Below are positions 29,323-38,093 of a stretch of 64,000 bases of DNA, in pieces (the first letter of the stretch is position 1; each line of letters starts with the position of its first letter). The stretch covers positions 890,617 to 954,616 of the forward strand of contig CP064974.1 in assembly GCA_016699385.1 (NCBI GenBank). Reading direction: 5' to 3'. The position numbers and the translations under genes were made by a program. The notes below the pieces were generated by a model that worked only from the letters and a program-made list of their open reading frames with translations, was not told the DNA's origin and ran no database searches. The DNA comes from Candidatus Moraniibacteriota bacterium. GTDB taxonomy: Bacteria; Patescibacteriota; Minisyncoccia; Moranbacterales; UBA1568.

Positions 29323-29805
29323 CTACTGATTTGCATCAACCGCCGAGTGCTCAGTCGGCGCAACAGGTGTGGTGTCACTACCCTTTGTTGGCGACACATC
29401 TACCGGTGCGCTTCCAGCAGCGGTGTCTATTGTGTCAGTAGCATCACCGCTCGTCACTGCCGCCGCACTCCCCGGAAGAAAATCCGATGTCTCCGGAGAC
29501 GAAGGACGCGTCGCCTCACTCGGAGATTGCTCCACCACACCTTCTTTGAGCGTTTTCCCTGCCTTCAAAAGGTCTTCCAGGGAAACCGGCGCAGATTCCT
29601 GGATATTCCGAGCATTTTCCCGAACAGCATCCACAGCACCACCTGCATCGTTTTTGAGGAGAGTGCCAAAAGATGCCTGCAAGGAAAATGCCCAGAGTGC
29701 CACAACAAACACGAAGGAAATCCCAACTGAGAAGAACAAGTATCGAACACGAACCGTTTCCGGCTTCTGCCGTATGCGTTCAAAAACCGAAGCAAAAGAA
29801 ATCAT
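29323..29805 (-). CDS. Hypothetical membrane-anchored protein (acidic, Ser/Thr/Pro-rich C-terminal region)
   Basis: One N-terminal TM helix (LFFSVGISFVFVVALWAF); 160 aa. Confidence 0.5.
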   Translation of the reverse strand: MISFASVFERIRQKPETVRVRYLFFSVGISFVFVVALWAFSLQASFGTLLKNDAGGAVDAVRENARNIQESAPVSLEDLLKAGKTLKEGVVEQSPSEATRPSSPETSDFLPGSAAAVTSGDATDTIDTAAGSAPVDVSPTKGSDTTPVAPTEHSAVDANQ

Positions 29806-29965
29806 ACTCGTTTGTATATTTGCTAAGAGCCTGTTAAAAAAGTATCAAAAAGGCATACTTTTCGCACTGTTTTTCTTGACAAACTCTAAGCCTGACACCC
29901 TCATTTATACCCGAAACAAGCCTCAAAGAAAAAGCCCCTCCCAGAAACTCCCAATGGAAACACTC

Positions 29966-30616
29966 TCACGCCCGCTCAAACAGTACCACCTCCATACTCT
30001 TTCCATCGAGATCCTTTTTCTTGAGTGTCAGTTTGGAAACAGCTCCCTCCGGACAATTCCCGATTTCCTTGCAAAATGCCTGTTCATCATCGCTGTCGGT
30101 ATCAAATCCCGGGAAACGGTAGTGCGTCGGAACAACTATCGCCGGCTCTATTTTCCGCACCAATTCATCAATGCGCTGCACCGCCAAAGTGTCCTTGTTG
30201 CCTACTGGAACAAACAAGATATCCACATGTCCAATCTTCTCTATAATACTCGATGAAAGCTCATGACCCAAGGCGCCCAAATGGCACAGAGTCATATCCT
30301 CGCTCTGCAAGACGAATATTGTGTTCTTCCCACGCAGTGCGCCCGATTCCTCATCGCGAAACGACGGAAACCCGAGTACCGATATCCCACGCACATCATA
30401 TTCACCCGGAGAATCCAGAAGTACCGTGTCGCCAGCACTATCGCGATCCTTCTCGCTCATATGTGTCTTCAGTGTGACATCTACCTGTCCTTGTGGTGCA
30501 CGAAGACCTGAGTCTTTCTCACACAAATCAATCACGACCACGACATCATCAGTCGCCCGCCCACCGGGTTTTGTGGTTATTTTGAAGCAAAAATCACCGT
30601 AGTACTGAATATTCAT
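29966..30616 (-). CDS. MBL-fold metallo-hydrolase
   Basis: 216 aa with a metallo-beta-lactamase-like fold pattern (HxHxD-region equivalents ...CHLGALGH...). Confidence 0.65.
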   Translation of the reverse strand: MNIQYYGDFCFKITTKPGGRATDDVVVVIDLCEKDSGLRAPQGQVDVTLKTHMSEKDRDSAGDTVLLDSPGEYDVRGISVLGFPSFRDEESGALRGKNTIFVLQSEDMTLCHLGALGHELSSSIIEKIGHVDILFVPVGNKDTLAVQRIDELVRKIEPAIVVPTHYRFPGFDTDSDDEQAFCKEIGNCPEGAVSKLTLKKKDLDGKSMEVVLFERA

Positions 30617-30820
30617 AGGAGACTGCCAAAAGAAACTCTCGAGAAACTTCTTTCTCGGTGCTTTCTTAGGGTATCATAGCAATTTCTCTTTGTCGAGATG
30701 GATTCTCCCTCATCGTTCACGTCGCTGTTGACGAAATGAGAAATATCTTTTAGAGTGGCTAGTACGGATACGAACCCCTCTCATTGGGTGGTTTTTCTTT
30801 CTTGGTATAACTCTACCGAT

Positions 30821-31285
30821 ATGGATCAGAAACTCATTGCATTCAATCTCTCCCAGCGTCGCACCGACCTCCCTCCAGTCCGGACCGGCGATGTCGTCCG
30901 CGTCACCCGCAAGATCAAAGAAGGCGCCAAAGAACGCCTCCAGGTCTTCGAAGGCATGATTATAGCCAAAAAAGGCGGTCAGAGTGCTTCACAGACCATC
31001 ACTGTTCGCAAAGTCTCTTTCGGTATCGGAGTGGAAATCATTTTCCCGCTCAATTCCCAGCAAGTAGAGAAAATCGACTTCGTAAAGCGCACCAAAGCCG
31101 GTCGTTCAAAGATTTACTATGTCCGCCACAAGTCTGCCAAGGTATTGAGTCGCAAACTCAAAGAAATCCCCGCCAAAGACATTATCATCGAGAAGCCTGT
31201 CAAGAAAGTCGCCAACAAAGCAAAGAAGACCGCTCCCAAAACAGCAGAAACCGCAGCAGAAGAAAAGATTTCAGCCAAAGAGTAG
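30821..31285 (+). CDS. rplS: Ribosomal protein L19 with Lys-rich C-terminal extension
   Basis: Start MDQKLIAF. Core DLPPVRTGDVVRVTRKIKEG...RLQVFEGMIIAKKG. C-terminal KKVANKAKKTAPKTAETAAEEK tail. Confidence 0.85.
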   Translation: MDQKLIAFNLSQRRTDLPPVRTGDVVRVTRKIKEGAKERLQVFEGMIIAKKGGQSASQTITVRKVSFGIGVEIIFPLNSQQVEKIDFVKRTKAGRSKIYYVRHKSAKVLSRKLKEIPAKDIIIEKPVKKVANKAKKTAPKTAETAAEEKISAKE

Positions 31286-31351
31286 AGTAGCAAGAGAAAG
31301 CCCTCAATAGAAACGTGTTATCAAAAATGACACGGAAAATGAAAAGAAAAC

Positions 31352-31436
31352 GGGGATATGGTGGAATTGGTATACACACACGTTTGAGGGGCGTGGCCCT
31401 TGTGGCATGAGGGTTCGAGTCCCTCTATCCCCACCA
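31352..31436 (+). tRNA. tRNA-Leu (anticodon GAG), CCA encoded
   Basis: GGGGATA acceptor, anticodon loop TTGAGGG, long variable arm CCCTTGTGGCATG, T-arm AGGGTTCGAGTCCCT, 3' CACCA. Confidence 0.8.
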
Positions 31437-31440
31437 ATCA

Positions 31441-31476
31441 GAAAAGCCGAGGGATTTCCCCTTGGCTTTTTCTTTA
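31441..31476 (+). terminator. Putative terminator after tRNA-Leu(GAG)
   Basis: AAAAGCCGAGGGATTTCCCCTTGGCTTTTTCTTTATTT. Confidence 0.5.
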
Positions 31477-31503
31477 TTTCTGCTATTCTTCTACCCAGAA
31501 AGC

Positions 31504-31580
31504 GGACGATTAGCTCAGTTGGTTAGAGCGCCTCGTTTACACCGAGGAGGCCGCTGGTTCGAGTCCAGCATCGTCCACCA
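31504..31580 (+). tRNA. tRNA-Val (anticodon TAC), CCA encoded
   Basis: GGACGAT/ATCGTCC acceptor, D-arm AGCTCAGTTGGTTAGAGC, anticodon loop TTTACAC, T-arm GCTGGTTCGAGTCCAGC. Confidence 0.85.
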
Positions 31581-31656
31581 CATTTGATTGGTGATAATTT
31601 CTCTGCTACAGTGTGGAAGTCAGGGAGAGTATTCCCTGTTTTCCGTTGTTCCTTTT

Positions 31657-31728
31657 GCCGAGGTAGCTCAGTGGTAGAGCAGAAGACTGAAAATCTTCGT
31701 GTCGGGAGTTCGATTCTCCCCCTCGGCA
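31657..31728 (+). tRNA. tRNA-Phe (anticodon GAA)
   Basis: GCCGAGG/CCTCGGC acceptor, anticodon loop CTGAAAA, T-arm GGGAGTTCGATTCTCCC. Confidence 0.85.
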
Positions 31729-31752
31729 CAGTAGAAGTTTGAGGTATCAAAA

Positions 31753-31824
31753 CAGAAGAATGAAAATCTTCGTGTTGGGAGTTCCCCGCCTACCGGCAGG
31801 CAGGGATTCTCCCTCTCGGCACCA
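31753..31824 (+). pseudogene. 3'-partial duplicate of tRNA-Phe (anticodon arm to CCA) with a ~20-nt insertion in the T-arm
   Basis: CAGAAGAATGAAAATCTTCGTGTTGGGAGTTC[CCCGCCTACCGGCAGGCAGGG]ATTCTCCCTCTCGGCACCA aligns to the 3' two-thirds of tRNA-Phe. No 5' acceptor or D-arm is present. Confidence 0.6.
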
Positions 31825-31837
31825 TTCACTTCATCCA

Positions 31838-31909
31838 GGGACCGTAGCTCAGCGGTAGAGCAGGGGACTCATAATCTCTTGGTCGCTGGTTCGAATCCAG
31901 CCGGTCCCA
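31838..31909 (+). tRNA. tRNA-Met (anticodon CAT)
   Basis: GGGACCG/CGGTCCC acceptor, anticodon loop CTCATAA, T-arm GCTGGTTCGAATCCAGC. Confidence 0.8.
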
Positions 31910-32063
31910 CGTTAGTATCCTATCTCGAAAGCTTTACTCAACAGAGAATTGATTTTCACCCCTCTAGCCCTCGAAGGAATTGCAAAAAACTGATATTTCC
32001 GATAAGATAAGGGCGATTTGAACAATTCAAAGAATTCCAGTCTCTCAGAAGAGTTCACAACAC

Positions 32064-32135
32064 GCGGGTATCGTATAGCGGCTATTATGTAACCTTGCCA
32101 AGGTTAAGATACGGGTTCGACTCCCGTTACCCGCT
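32064..32135 (+). tRNA. tRNA-Gly (anticodon GCC)
   Basis: GCGGGTA/TACCCGC acceptor, anticodon loop TTGCCAA, T-arm ACGGGTTCGACTCCCGT. Confidence 0.85.
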
Positions 32136-32295
32136 CACAAGAAGTAACGCCGTCCCATTTGGGGCGGTTTTGCTTTTTCGCGGTAAAGAGGAGTCGAACT
32201 GGAAAGGGGTCGGGGAAACATTTGTTTTCCAGTCTGGAATAACAGAGTCTTCGAGGATTAGAGGGCGGAACGGAACCGCCAATTGGCGGTGAGCA

Positions 32296-32321
32296 GTTCG
32301 ATCTTCCCCTTACCCGCTCAC
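32296..32321 (+). repeat. Direct repeat of the tRNA-Gly T-arm/3' end (att-like scar) closing a ~180-nt structured spacer
   Basis: GCAGTTCGATCTTCCCCTTACCCGCTCAC compared with the tRNA-Gly end GGGTTCGACTCCCGTTACCCGCTCAC. 12/12 identity over TTACCCGCTCAC (32127-32138 versus 32310-32321). Confidence 0.6.
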
Positions 32322-32354
32322 TAAACAAAAAATCACTCCGGCTGGAGTAATTTT

Positions 32355-32783
32355 TTAGCTGGAAAGATTTTGATTAATGCAATATTTTCTTAAAATTTCA
32401 TATATAGCTCCCAATACTTGTTCTCTAACGGCGGGGTCGCTTGCTGCTATCCATTTAGCAAAATTATAAAGTTGCTGGTTATCAATCTTTAACCACTTCC
32501 CATTTTTATGAAGAAAATACAATAACGCCATGATGGCTATACGTTTGTTTCCATTTTGGAAGGGGTGGTCTTTGATTATAAGATAAAACAAAATCGATCC
32601 TTTTCTATAAACTCTTGGATAGAGTTGCTTTTTATCAAAAGTTTGTCTAGGAGCGGCCAAACAAGCCTCGAGCTTATTTGGATATCTGCTTTGAAAATCA
32701 GGGATAGGCTCGTTCCAAGACATTAACTCTTTGGCAAGTGTATGGGCTACATATTCGATTTCAGAAACTGAGAGGTACTTCAT
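32355..32783 (-). CDS. Doc/Fic-family toxin (death-on-curing type)
   Basis: HPFQNGNKR matches the Doc motif HxFx(D/N)GNKR. 142 aa, immediately downstream of a small HTH gene with a 2-nt gap. Confidence 0.8.
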   Translation of the reverse strand: MKYLSVSEIEYVAHTLAKELMSWNEPIPDFQSRYPNKLEACLAAPRQTFDKKQLYPRVYRKGSILFYLIIKDHPFQNGNKRIAIMALLYFLHKNGKWLKIDNQQLYNFAKWIAASDPAVREQVLGAIYEILRKYCINQNLSS

Positions 32784-32785
32784 AG

Positions 32786-33046
32786 TTATTCCTTACCAAG
32801 CAACTTGAATGTTTCACCGTATTCTTCAATAGCTTGCTTGACGGCTTGTTCGATTGTTCGTTTATCTTTTTCGTTGAGGTTTCCTATTAAATCACCATAA
32901 CGGATAAGGTAATTTCTACCAATTTTTCTAGCAAGAATAGTCCCCCTCTTAATTCTTTGAAACACAGCAAAACGGCTGATAGCGAGAATTTCAGCTACCT
33001 GTGTCGTCGAGAGGAGGTCGTCATGTTGATAGTTTTTCATACTCAT
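32786..33046 (-). CDS. HTH DNA-binding antitoxin-like protein (excisionase/MerR-type HTH) paired with Doc
   Basis: LSTTQVAEILAISRFAVFQRIKRGTILARKIG helix-turn-helix. Start taken at MSMKNY (alternatives 33040 or 33082). Confidence 0.65.
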   Translation of the reverse strand: MSMKNYQHDDLLSTTQVAEILAISRFAVFQRIKRGTILARKIGRNYLIRYGDLIGNLNEKDKRTIEQAVKQAIEEYGETFKLLGKE

Positions 33047-33174
33047 GTATATGATGTTAACATATGTGTATATATAAGTCAATATGTCACATATGTTATA
33101 TGTACTATAAATTATGTTACATGTAAATTTTTCCGTTTAGATTCAGTTCTTACCGTAGCCACTACCCAGCTCCA

Positions 33175-33213
33175 AAATAAAACAAGCGTCCAATCAGGCG
33201 CTTGTTTTATTTC
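33175..33213. terminator. Bidirectional hairpin terminator-like element
   Basis: AAAACAAGCGTCCAATCAGGCGCTTGTTTTATTT, flanked by A-run and T-run. Confidence 0.45.
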
Positions 33214-33568
33214 TTGGGTTGGCAGTGAGACAAAGACTCCCATTTGCTCGTCCAAAGCGTAAGCGAAGGATGGTTGCCCGCTCCCGAAAAACCAGACTTA
33301 CTAAAGCCTCTTTTATAATATCCAGGAATTTAGTTGGAACTGAAAGACCCCTAAGGAACAAAGCCTCTATTTACAAATCCAGCCTTAACCGCACATACAG
33401 CTCCCGCTCAGCTAAAAACAAGATTCCTCCCTCAATTCTATTCAGAGTCGCACAGTCGAGTCAATTGACGAGATATTTTCTGAGAATTTCATATGGGGAG
33501 ATATTTTTCCCACAAAAAAGCTGTGGTACAATAAAGGCATACAATAGCAATACTTTATAAATATTCCT

Positions 33569-33970
33569 ATGAACGATCCTGCGCCAGAAATGTCGGCCGA
33601 GCGACGAAAAGTCTGTCTTATTGATGACGAGGAGGCTATTCGCGAGGTATACACCGTCGCCCTTACTGCTGAGGGATTTGACGTTGTGTCAGCGGAAAAC
33701 GGCGAAACAGGACTCGATCTCATACGCGCCGAACACCCAGATATCATTCTGCTCGACCTGCAAATGCCCCTCATGGACGGGTTCGACGTACTCAAAACAC
33801 TCGCAACAGACAAAGATATCGCCAAAATCCCCGTCATTATCCTGAGCAATACCGACAATGAAGACGCCTTCAGAAAAGCTGGAACCTTCAATACACGATT
33901 CTTCCTCATAAAATCCCTCACGACTCCCAAAAAGGTTGTCGGCGCCGTACGAGAAGTCTTCACCAGCTAA
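33569..33970 (+). CDS. Stand-alone response-regulator receiver (CheY-like) domain protein
   Basis: VCLIDDEEAIRE...ILLDLQMPLMDGFDVLK phospho-acceptor Asp context; 133 aa. Confidence 0.8.
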   Translation: MNDPAPEMSAERRKVCLIDDEEAIREVYTVALTAEGFDVVSAENGETGLDLIRAEHPDIILLDLQMPLMDGFDVLKTLATDKDIAKIPVIILSNTDNEDAFRKAGTFNTRFFLIKSLTTPKKVVGAVREVFTS

Positions 33971-34254
33971 GACTCGCAGGTCTCACATCCACAAAGAGCG
34001 ATATCCTCCCATTGCCTCGCTGCAATGGGTATTTTTGTCGAAAATATCCAGCAGTGAAACACACTTTGTGGAAAAAATAGCGAGAAAGAAAGCTTTAGCC
34101 ACCAACAAAATTCCGCTCAAAACCATTGACATCTATCACAATATATGCTAATATAGGCAGTCGAGTCCACAGGGGCGAGACACCGGATATATGGCTTTAG
34201 TGAGGGATTGTTCTTCGAAAATTACGAATCCGGGTTAACTAGTAAAGGAACTTT

Positions 34255-34803
34255 ATGCGGTATTTTGGTACCCTTGCCTTCCTTGCGATTCTCTCTCTCG
34301 GTATCACGAGCGAGGCGCAAGCGGCAATCGAGACCAATACCAATACGAAAACAACCCCTGAAACCAAAGAAAATATCACCAAATCCCAGACATTCACGTG
34401 GAGTGCTATTCTCGAGCAGTCCATTGCAGAAGAAACTGCCACGTCGAATGACCCGAGAGATCATTCTCTCATTTCATGGAAAGCCAAACAGGCACATTTG
34501 TGGAATGCGCTTCCGGACGGAAAGTTCACTATCAATGCCTCTGCCTATACGGCAGCCGCTGATGAATGTGGGAAGTCCGACGGCATCACCGCTTCCGGCG
34601 TGAAGGTGCAGGAGAATCGCACCCTCGCTTGCCCACCATCATATCCCTTTGGTGCCAAAGTTGCTATCGAAGGCTATGGCATCTACACCTGTGAAGACCG
34701 TGGTGGCGCAATCAAAAACAATCACTTCGACATCTATATGGAAACCAAAACCCAAGCATTTGCCTTCGGTCGAAAAAATCTCACGGCCGAAATCATCCAA
34801 TAA
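34255..34803 (+). CDS. Secreted 3D-domain (MltA/RlpA-like) peptidoglycan-binding/lytic protein
   Basis: Signal peptide, then ASAYTAAADECGKSDGITASG...CEDRGGAIKNNHFDIYM (3D domain Asp triad context). Confidence 0.65.
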   Translation: MRYFGTLAFLAILSLGITSEAQAAIETNTNTKTTPETKENITKSQTFTWSAILEQSIAEETATSNDPRDHSLISWKAKQAHLWNALPDGKFTINASAYTAAADECGKSDGITASGVKVQENRTLACPPSYPFGAKVAIEGYGIYTCEDRGGAIKNNHFDIYMETKTQAFAFGRKNLTAEIIQ

Positions 34804-34896
34804 AATATTCCGGATGCAAAGCACTCCCACTCTTTGGGAGTGCTTTTGTATTCTTCTCGTTGACGCTTCATCTGGTATTTGATAGGCTTCGAGCAT

Positions 34897-34970
34897 GGTC
34901 GGATGCCCGAGTGGTCAGGGAGAGGTCTGCAAAACCTTGCACAGGAGTTCGATTCTCCTTCCGACCTCCA
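34897..34970 (+). tRNA. tRNA-Cys (anticodon GCA), CCA encoded
   Basis: GGTCGGA/TCCGACC acceptor, anticodon loop CTGCAAA, T-arm AGGAGTTCGATTCTCCT, 3' TCCA. Confidence 0.8.
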
Positions 34971-34993
34971 AATATGCACGAGGAAAATCCATC

Positions 34994-35079
34994 GGGCGAG
35001 TGGCGGAATTGGTAGACGCGGCGGACTTAAAATTCGCTGTCCCTCACCGGACTTGAGGGTTCGAGTCCCTCCTTGCCCA
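34994..35079 (+). tRNA. tRNA-Leu (anticodon TAA)
   Basis: GGGCGAG/CTTGCCC acceptor, D-arm GGCGGAATTGGTAGACGC, anticodon loop CTTAAAA, long variable arm, T-arm GAGGGTTCGAGTCCCTC. Confidence 0.85.
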
Positions 35080-35167
35080 CAGAAAAATATTACTTGAAGA
35101 TTTCAAAGTCAAATCGGTTCTTTACACTTCCATTGAAAATCCATCCAACGGCAAGAAGGAGTACCTC

Positions 35168-35419
35168 ATGAGTACCAAAACCCTGCATTTTCTTGATGTC
35201 CCGAAGCTTATTCAAGATACAACAACGGAGTATGCCAAAGCAAAGGAAAAGAGTATAGAAGAAGTTCGGGAAATAGTAGAGAGCTACATCAACTCTTTCC
35301 TAAATATACCTATAGGTGCTAAAAGAGAATATCCACTTCTTGGACCCGGAAGAGGTAACATCATAAGAATTGATGAAAACACCTATCACATACACCCATT
35401 TCATAGGGTGAGGAAGTAA
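35168..35419 (+). CDS. Hypothetical small protein
   Basis: 83-aa ORF after the tRNA pair; no family recognised. Confidence 0.4.
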   Translation: MSTKTLHFLDVPKLIQDTTTEYAKAKEKSIEEVREIVESYINSFLNIPIGAKREYPLLGPGRGNIIRIDENTYHIHPFHRVRK

Positions 35420-35713
35420 CAAGGAAATATCCTTTAAACTCTTTCTATCGTTTACGCAAACAAGGAACCCTAGGGTTCCTTTCTTATAGCAATTAACAAC
35501 CACCGACTTCCCTGACAATACGCGCATCTTCCCTGGGAACGAGCTTATAAGTACATACAGCAATTCAATCCTGCCCCACCAACTCAAGATTAAAAGAACA
35601 CTTGCAAGGATTCTTTTGCTCGTAAAATAGAGAGAAAAATGACTCACTACCTCTTAAAACGGAAGACCAAGAAGTCTTCCGTTTTTTCCATTTTCTCATT
35701 CAAGAAATCACAT

Positions 35714-36307
35714 TCAATTCCCTTTCTTCAACATTTCCAATACTTTCGGTATCTTTGCGAAATCTTTCATGAGCGTTTCGCGCATACTACCGTTGTAGAG
35801 GGCGGCGGCGGGGTGATAGAGAGCGAAGAAGACATAGGTTCCAAGCTCTGGCACCGTACAACGAAACGCTTTGCCATGTTCGACGGAAATGCGCTTTCCC
35901 GGCACAAACCGCTCAAGAGCGTGCCGACCAAGAAGTATGATAATTTCCGGATCAATAAGCTCCACCTGCGCCCGAAGCCACGACCAACAAGCCGCCACCT
36001 CCTCAGGAAGCGGGTCGCGATTGTTTGGCGGGCGATATTTAACGACATTAGTGATATAAATATCATCCCGATTGAGCCTGATAGATGCAAGCATCTCATT
36101 CAAGAACTTCCCTGCTGCCCCAACAAACGGCTCCCCTATTTCATCCTCCTTCTTCCCTGGCGCCTCTCCGACAAACAAAAGCCGTGCATCCGCATTTCCA
36201 ATACCCGGCACAACATTGCGCGCGGTGTTCTTGAGCTCGCAGGTGCAGGCTGCTGCCATATCACGATTAAGTGTAGCAAGAGCCACTTCTTTCTTTTCAT
36301 TTCGCAT
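35714..36307 (-). CDS. Uracil-DNA glycosylase, family 4
   Basis: Start MRNEKKEV. Family-4 signatures CTCEL..., GEAPGKKEDEIGEPFVGAAGKFL and HPAAAL. Confidence 0.85.
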   Translation of the reverse strand: MRNEKKEVALATLNRDMAAACTCELKNTARNVVPGIGNADARLLFVGEAPGKKEDEIGEPFVGAAGKFLNEMLASIRLNRDDIYITNVVKYRPPNNRDPLPEEVAACWSWLRAQVELIDPEIIILLGRHALERFVPGKRISVEHGKAFRCTVPELGTYVFFALYHPAAALYNGSMRETLMKDFAKIPKVLEMLKKGN

Positions 36308-36428
36308 ATATATCCAAAATCTTTTCTCTAAAATTCTCTCTTCCCCCTCTCTCAAGAGAACGAACAAAAATGTGGACAACCTGTGAAGAAGTTCTCAGGC
36401 GTTTTCTTTTTCGTCATCCTCAATCCCA

Positions 36429-37397
36429 TTATACCACCGCCCAGCCATTTTCTGCTCTCATAATTTTCCCTGGGATCTCAAATCCGCTCGCCAAGCGATG
36501 GCCACCACCGCCAAATCGGTGCGCAATCTCCGAAACATCCACATTGTGTTGTTCCATAGAGCGCAAACTCGCCCGAACTGTCTCATCGTCTTGTTCCGAA
36601 AGCACCATTGCAAATTTCGCTTCCGGAACAGTGCTCAGTATAGATGTCACGTGATAAATATCCTCAACAGATGCCTGACATTCCTCAACATCTTGCTTTG
36701 TCACAGCCGTCACCAACATGCCATTCTTTTCATTGAGCACAGATCGCTCAAATGCCTTTCCCCAGAGCCGCAACGCTGGAATACTCTTATTGGTAAAGAT
36801 TGCATTCACGATTCTATCGAGGGGAGCGCCTCTCTTCATCAACACACCGGCAATATCCATCACGCGAGGTGTTGTGCAAATATGCTGGAAATTGCCCGTA
36901 TCAAATATGATGCCCGTAAGAAGCGCCGTTGCAATCTTCTTGTTGCATTCCGCGCCAATCTTTTCGAAATACGTATAGAGAAGCTCGCACGTTGACGAAT
37001 AACGAGCGTCAACAATCTCGAGATCACTCGGAACGGCGATATCTGGATGATGATCCATGATAACCGTCACCTGTCGACGAGCAACCCTTGCGAGTACACG
37101 ATCAAACCCGCGATCAACGGAATCGCAGGCGATAATAGCTCCGTAGCGGGAAATATCCAGCTGATCTGGATGGAGGAAGGTTTCAGGTGTTTCAGAAAGC
37201 AATGCTGTAAGCTGGGGCGGAAAGGGGTCAAAACAAGCAAGAGAAACTTCTTTCCCTTGGCACCTCAAGAATTCAGCGAATGCTACCGTCGCACCAACTG
37301 TGTCCGCATCCGGACGAGTGTGCGCAAAAAGCAGAAACGACGGCGATTTCTTTATGATATAGGAAAGTGTCCGAAATTCCGAGGAGAAGGTATTCAT
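36429..37397 (-). CDS. nrnA: DHH/DHHA1 phosphoesterase NrnA (oligoribonuclease / pAp phosphatase)
   Basis: HTRPDADTVG, DHHPD and GGGH motifs; 322 aa. Confidence 0.85.
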   Translation of the reverse strand: MNTFSSEFRTLSYIIKKSPSFLLFAHTRPDADTVGATVAFAEFLRCQGKEVSLACFDPFPPQLTALLSETPETFLHPDQLDISRYGAIIACDSVDRGFDRVLARVARRQVTVIMDHHPDIAVPSDLEIVDARYSSTCELLYTYFEKIGAECNKKIATALLTGIIFDTGNFQHICTTPRVMDIAGVLMKRGAPLDRIVNAIFTNKSIPALRLWGKAFERSVLNEKNGMLVTAVTKQDVEECQASVEDIYHVTSILSTVPEAKFAMVLSEQDDETVRASLRSMEQHNVDVSEIAHRFGGGGHRLASGFEIPGKIMRAENGWAVV

Positions 37398-37756
37398 AGT
37401 GAAACGGTCTCGTCCTGTTCTTTCTTCAGCTCAATGAGCATTTCTTCGACAACCTGCGCACTTCGCTCTGTCACGTCGTTCTCAAAGATAATCCGCGGCA
37501 ACGGACGCATATGAAGACGTCGATTAAGGAGCCCTTGAATTTTGTAGAGCTCGTATTCAAGCGACTTCATCACATATTCTGTCTCGTTTTCCGGAAAAGC
37601 GCTCACTGAAACTCGAGCCTGTTTCAAATTTGGCGTAACACGAACCTTGGCAATCGTCACAAAAACACCTGTTTTCAAGGAAACTTCCGCTGAGAGAATC
37701 TTCCCCAATTCCTCTCGCAAAAGTTCATTCACCTTCTCAAGACGCAAAGATGCCAT
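37394..37756 (-). CDS. rbfA: Ribosome-binding factor A
   Basis: 120 aa; RLEKVNELLREELGKIL...VTIAKVRVTPNLKQARVSV signature. Confidence 0.9.
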   Translation of the reverse strand: MASLRLEKVNELLREELGKILSAEVSLKTGVFVTIAKVRVTPNLKQARVSVSAFPENETEYVMKSLEYELYKIQGLLNRRLHMRPLPRIIFENDVTERSAQVVEEMLIELKKEQDETVSL

Positions 37757-38093
37757 ATGTCAAACCAAAAAGCGAAAGAAACTGCAGTATACCAGCTTCC
37801 TCCCATTTCATCAAGAGTACAAGTAACAAGGGATATCCTTTCAAAGCAGCACTGCCAATCACCTCACCATTGCAACACAAGCACATTTATCCCATATGAG
37901 TGCCCCCAGTATGAATCGAACATACATCGCTCCCTTAGGACGGGACCGTTCTATCCGTTGAACTATGGAGGCAGATATGTCAAGAAAATTTTCAGTGGAC
38001 TACCTACTACTCAATTGAAACCCTATCATAGCGGAATTGCAATCTCGGCAGGAATTTGGAATAGCTATTGAGCAAACCAGTTACACATCCCAT

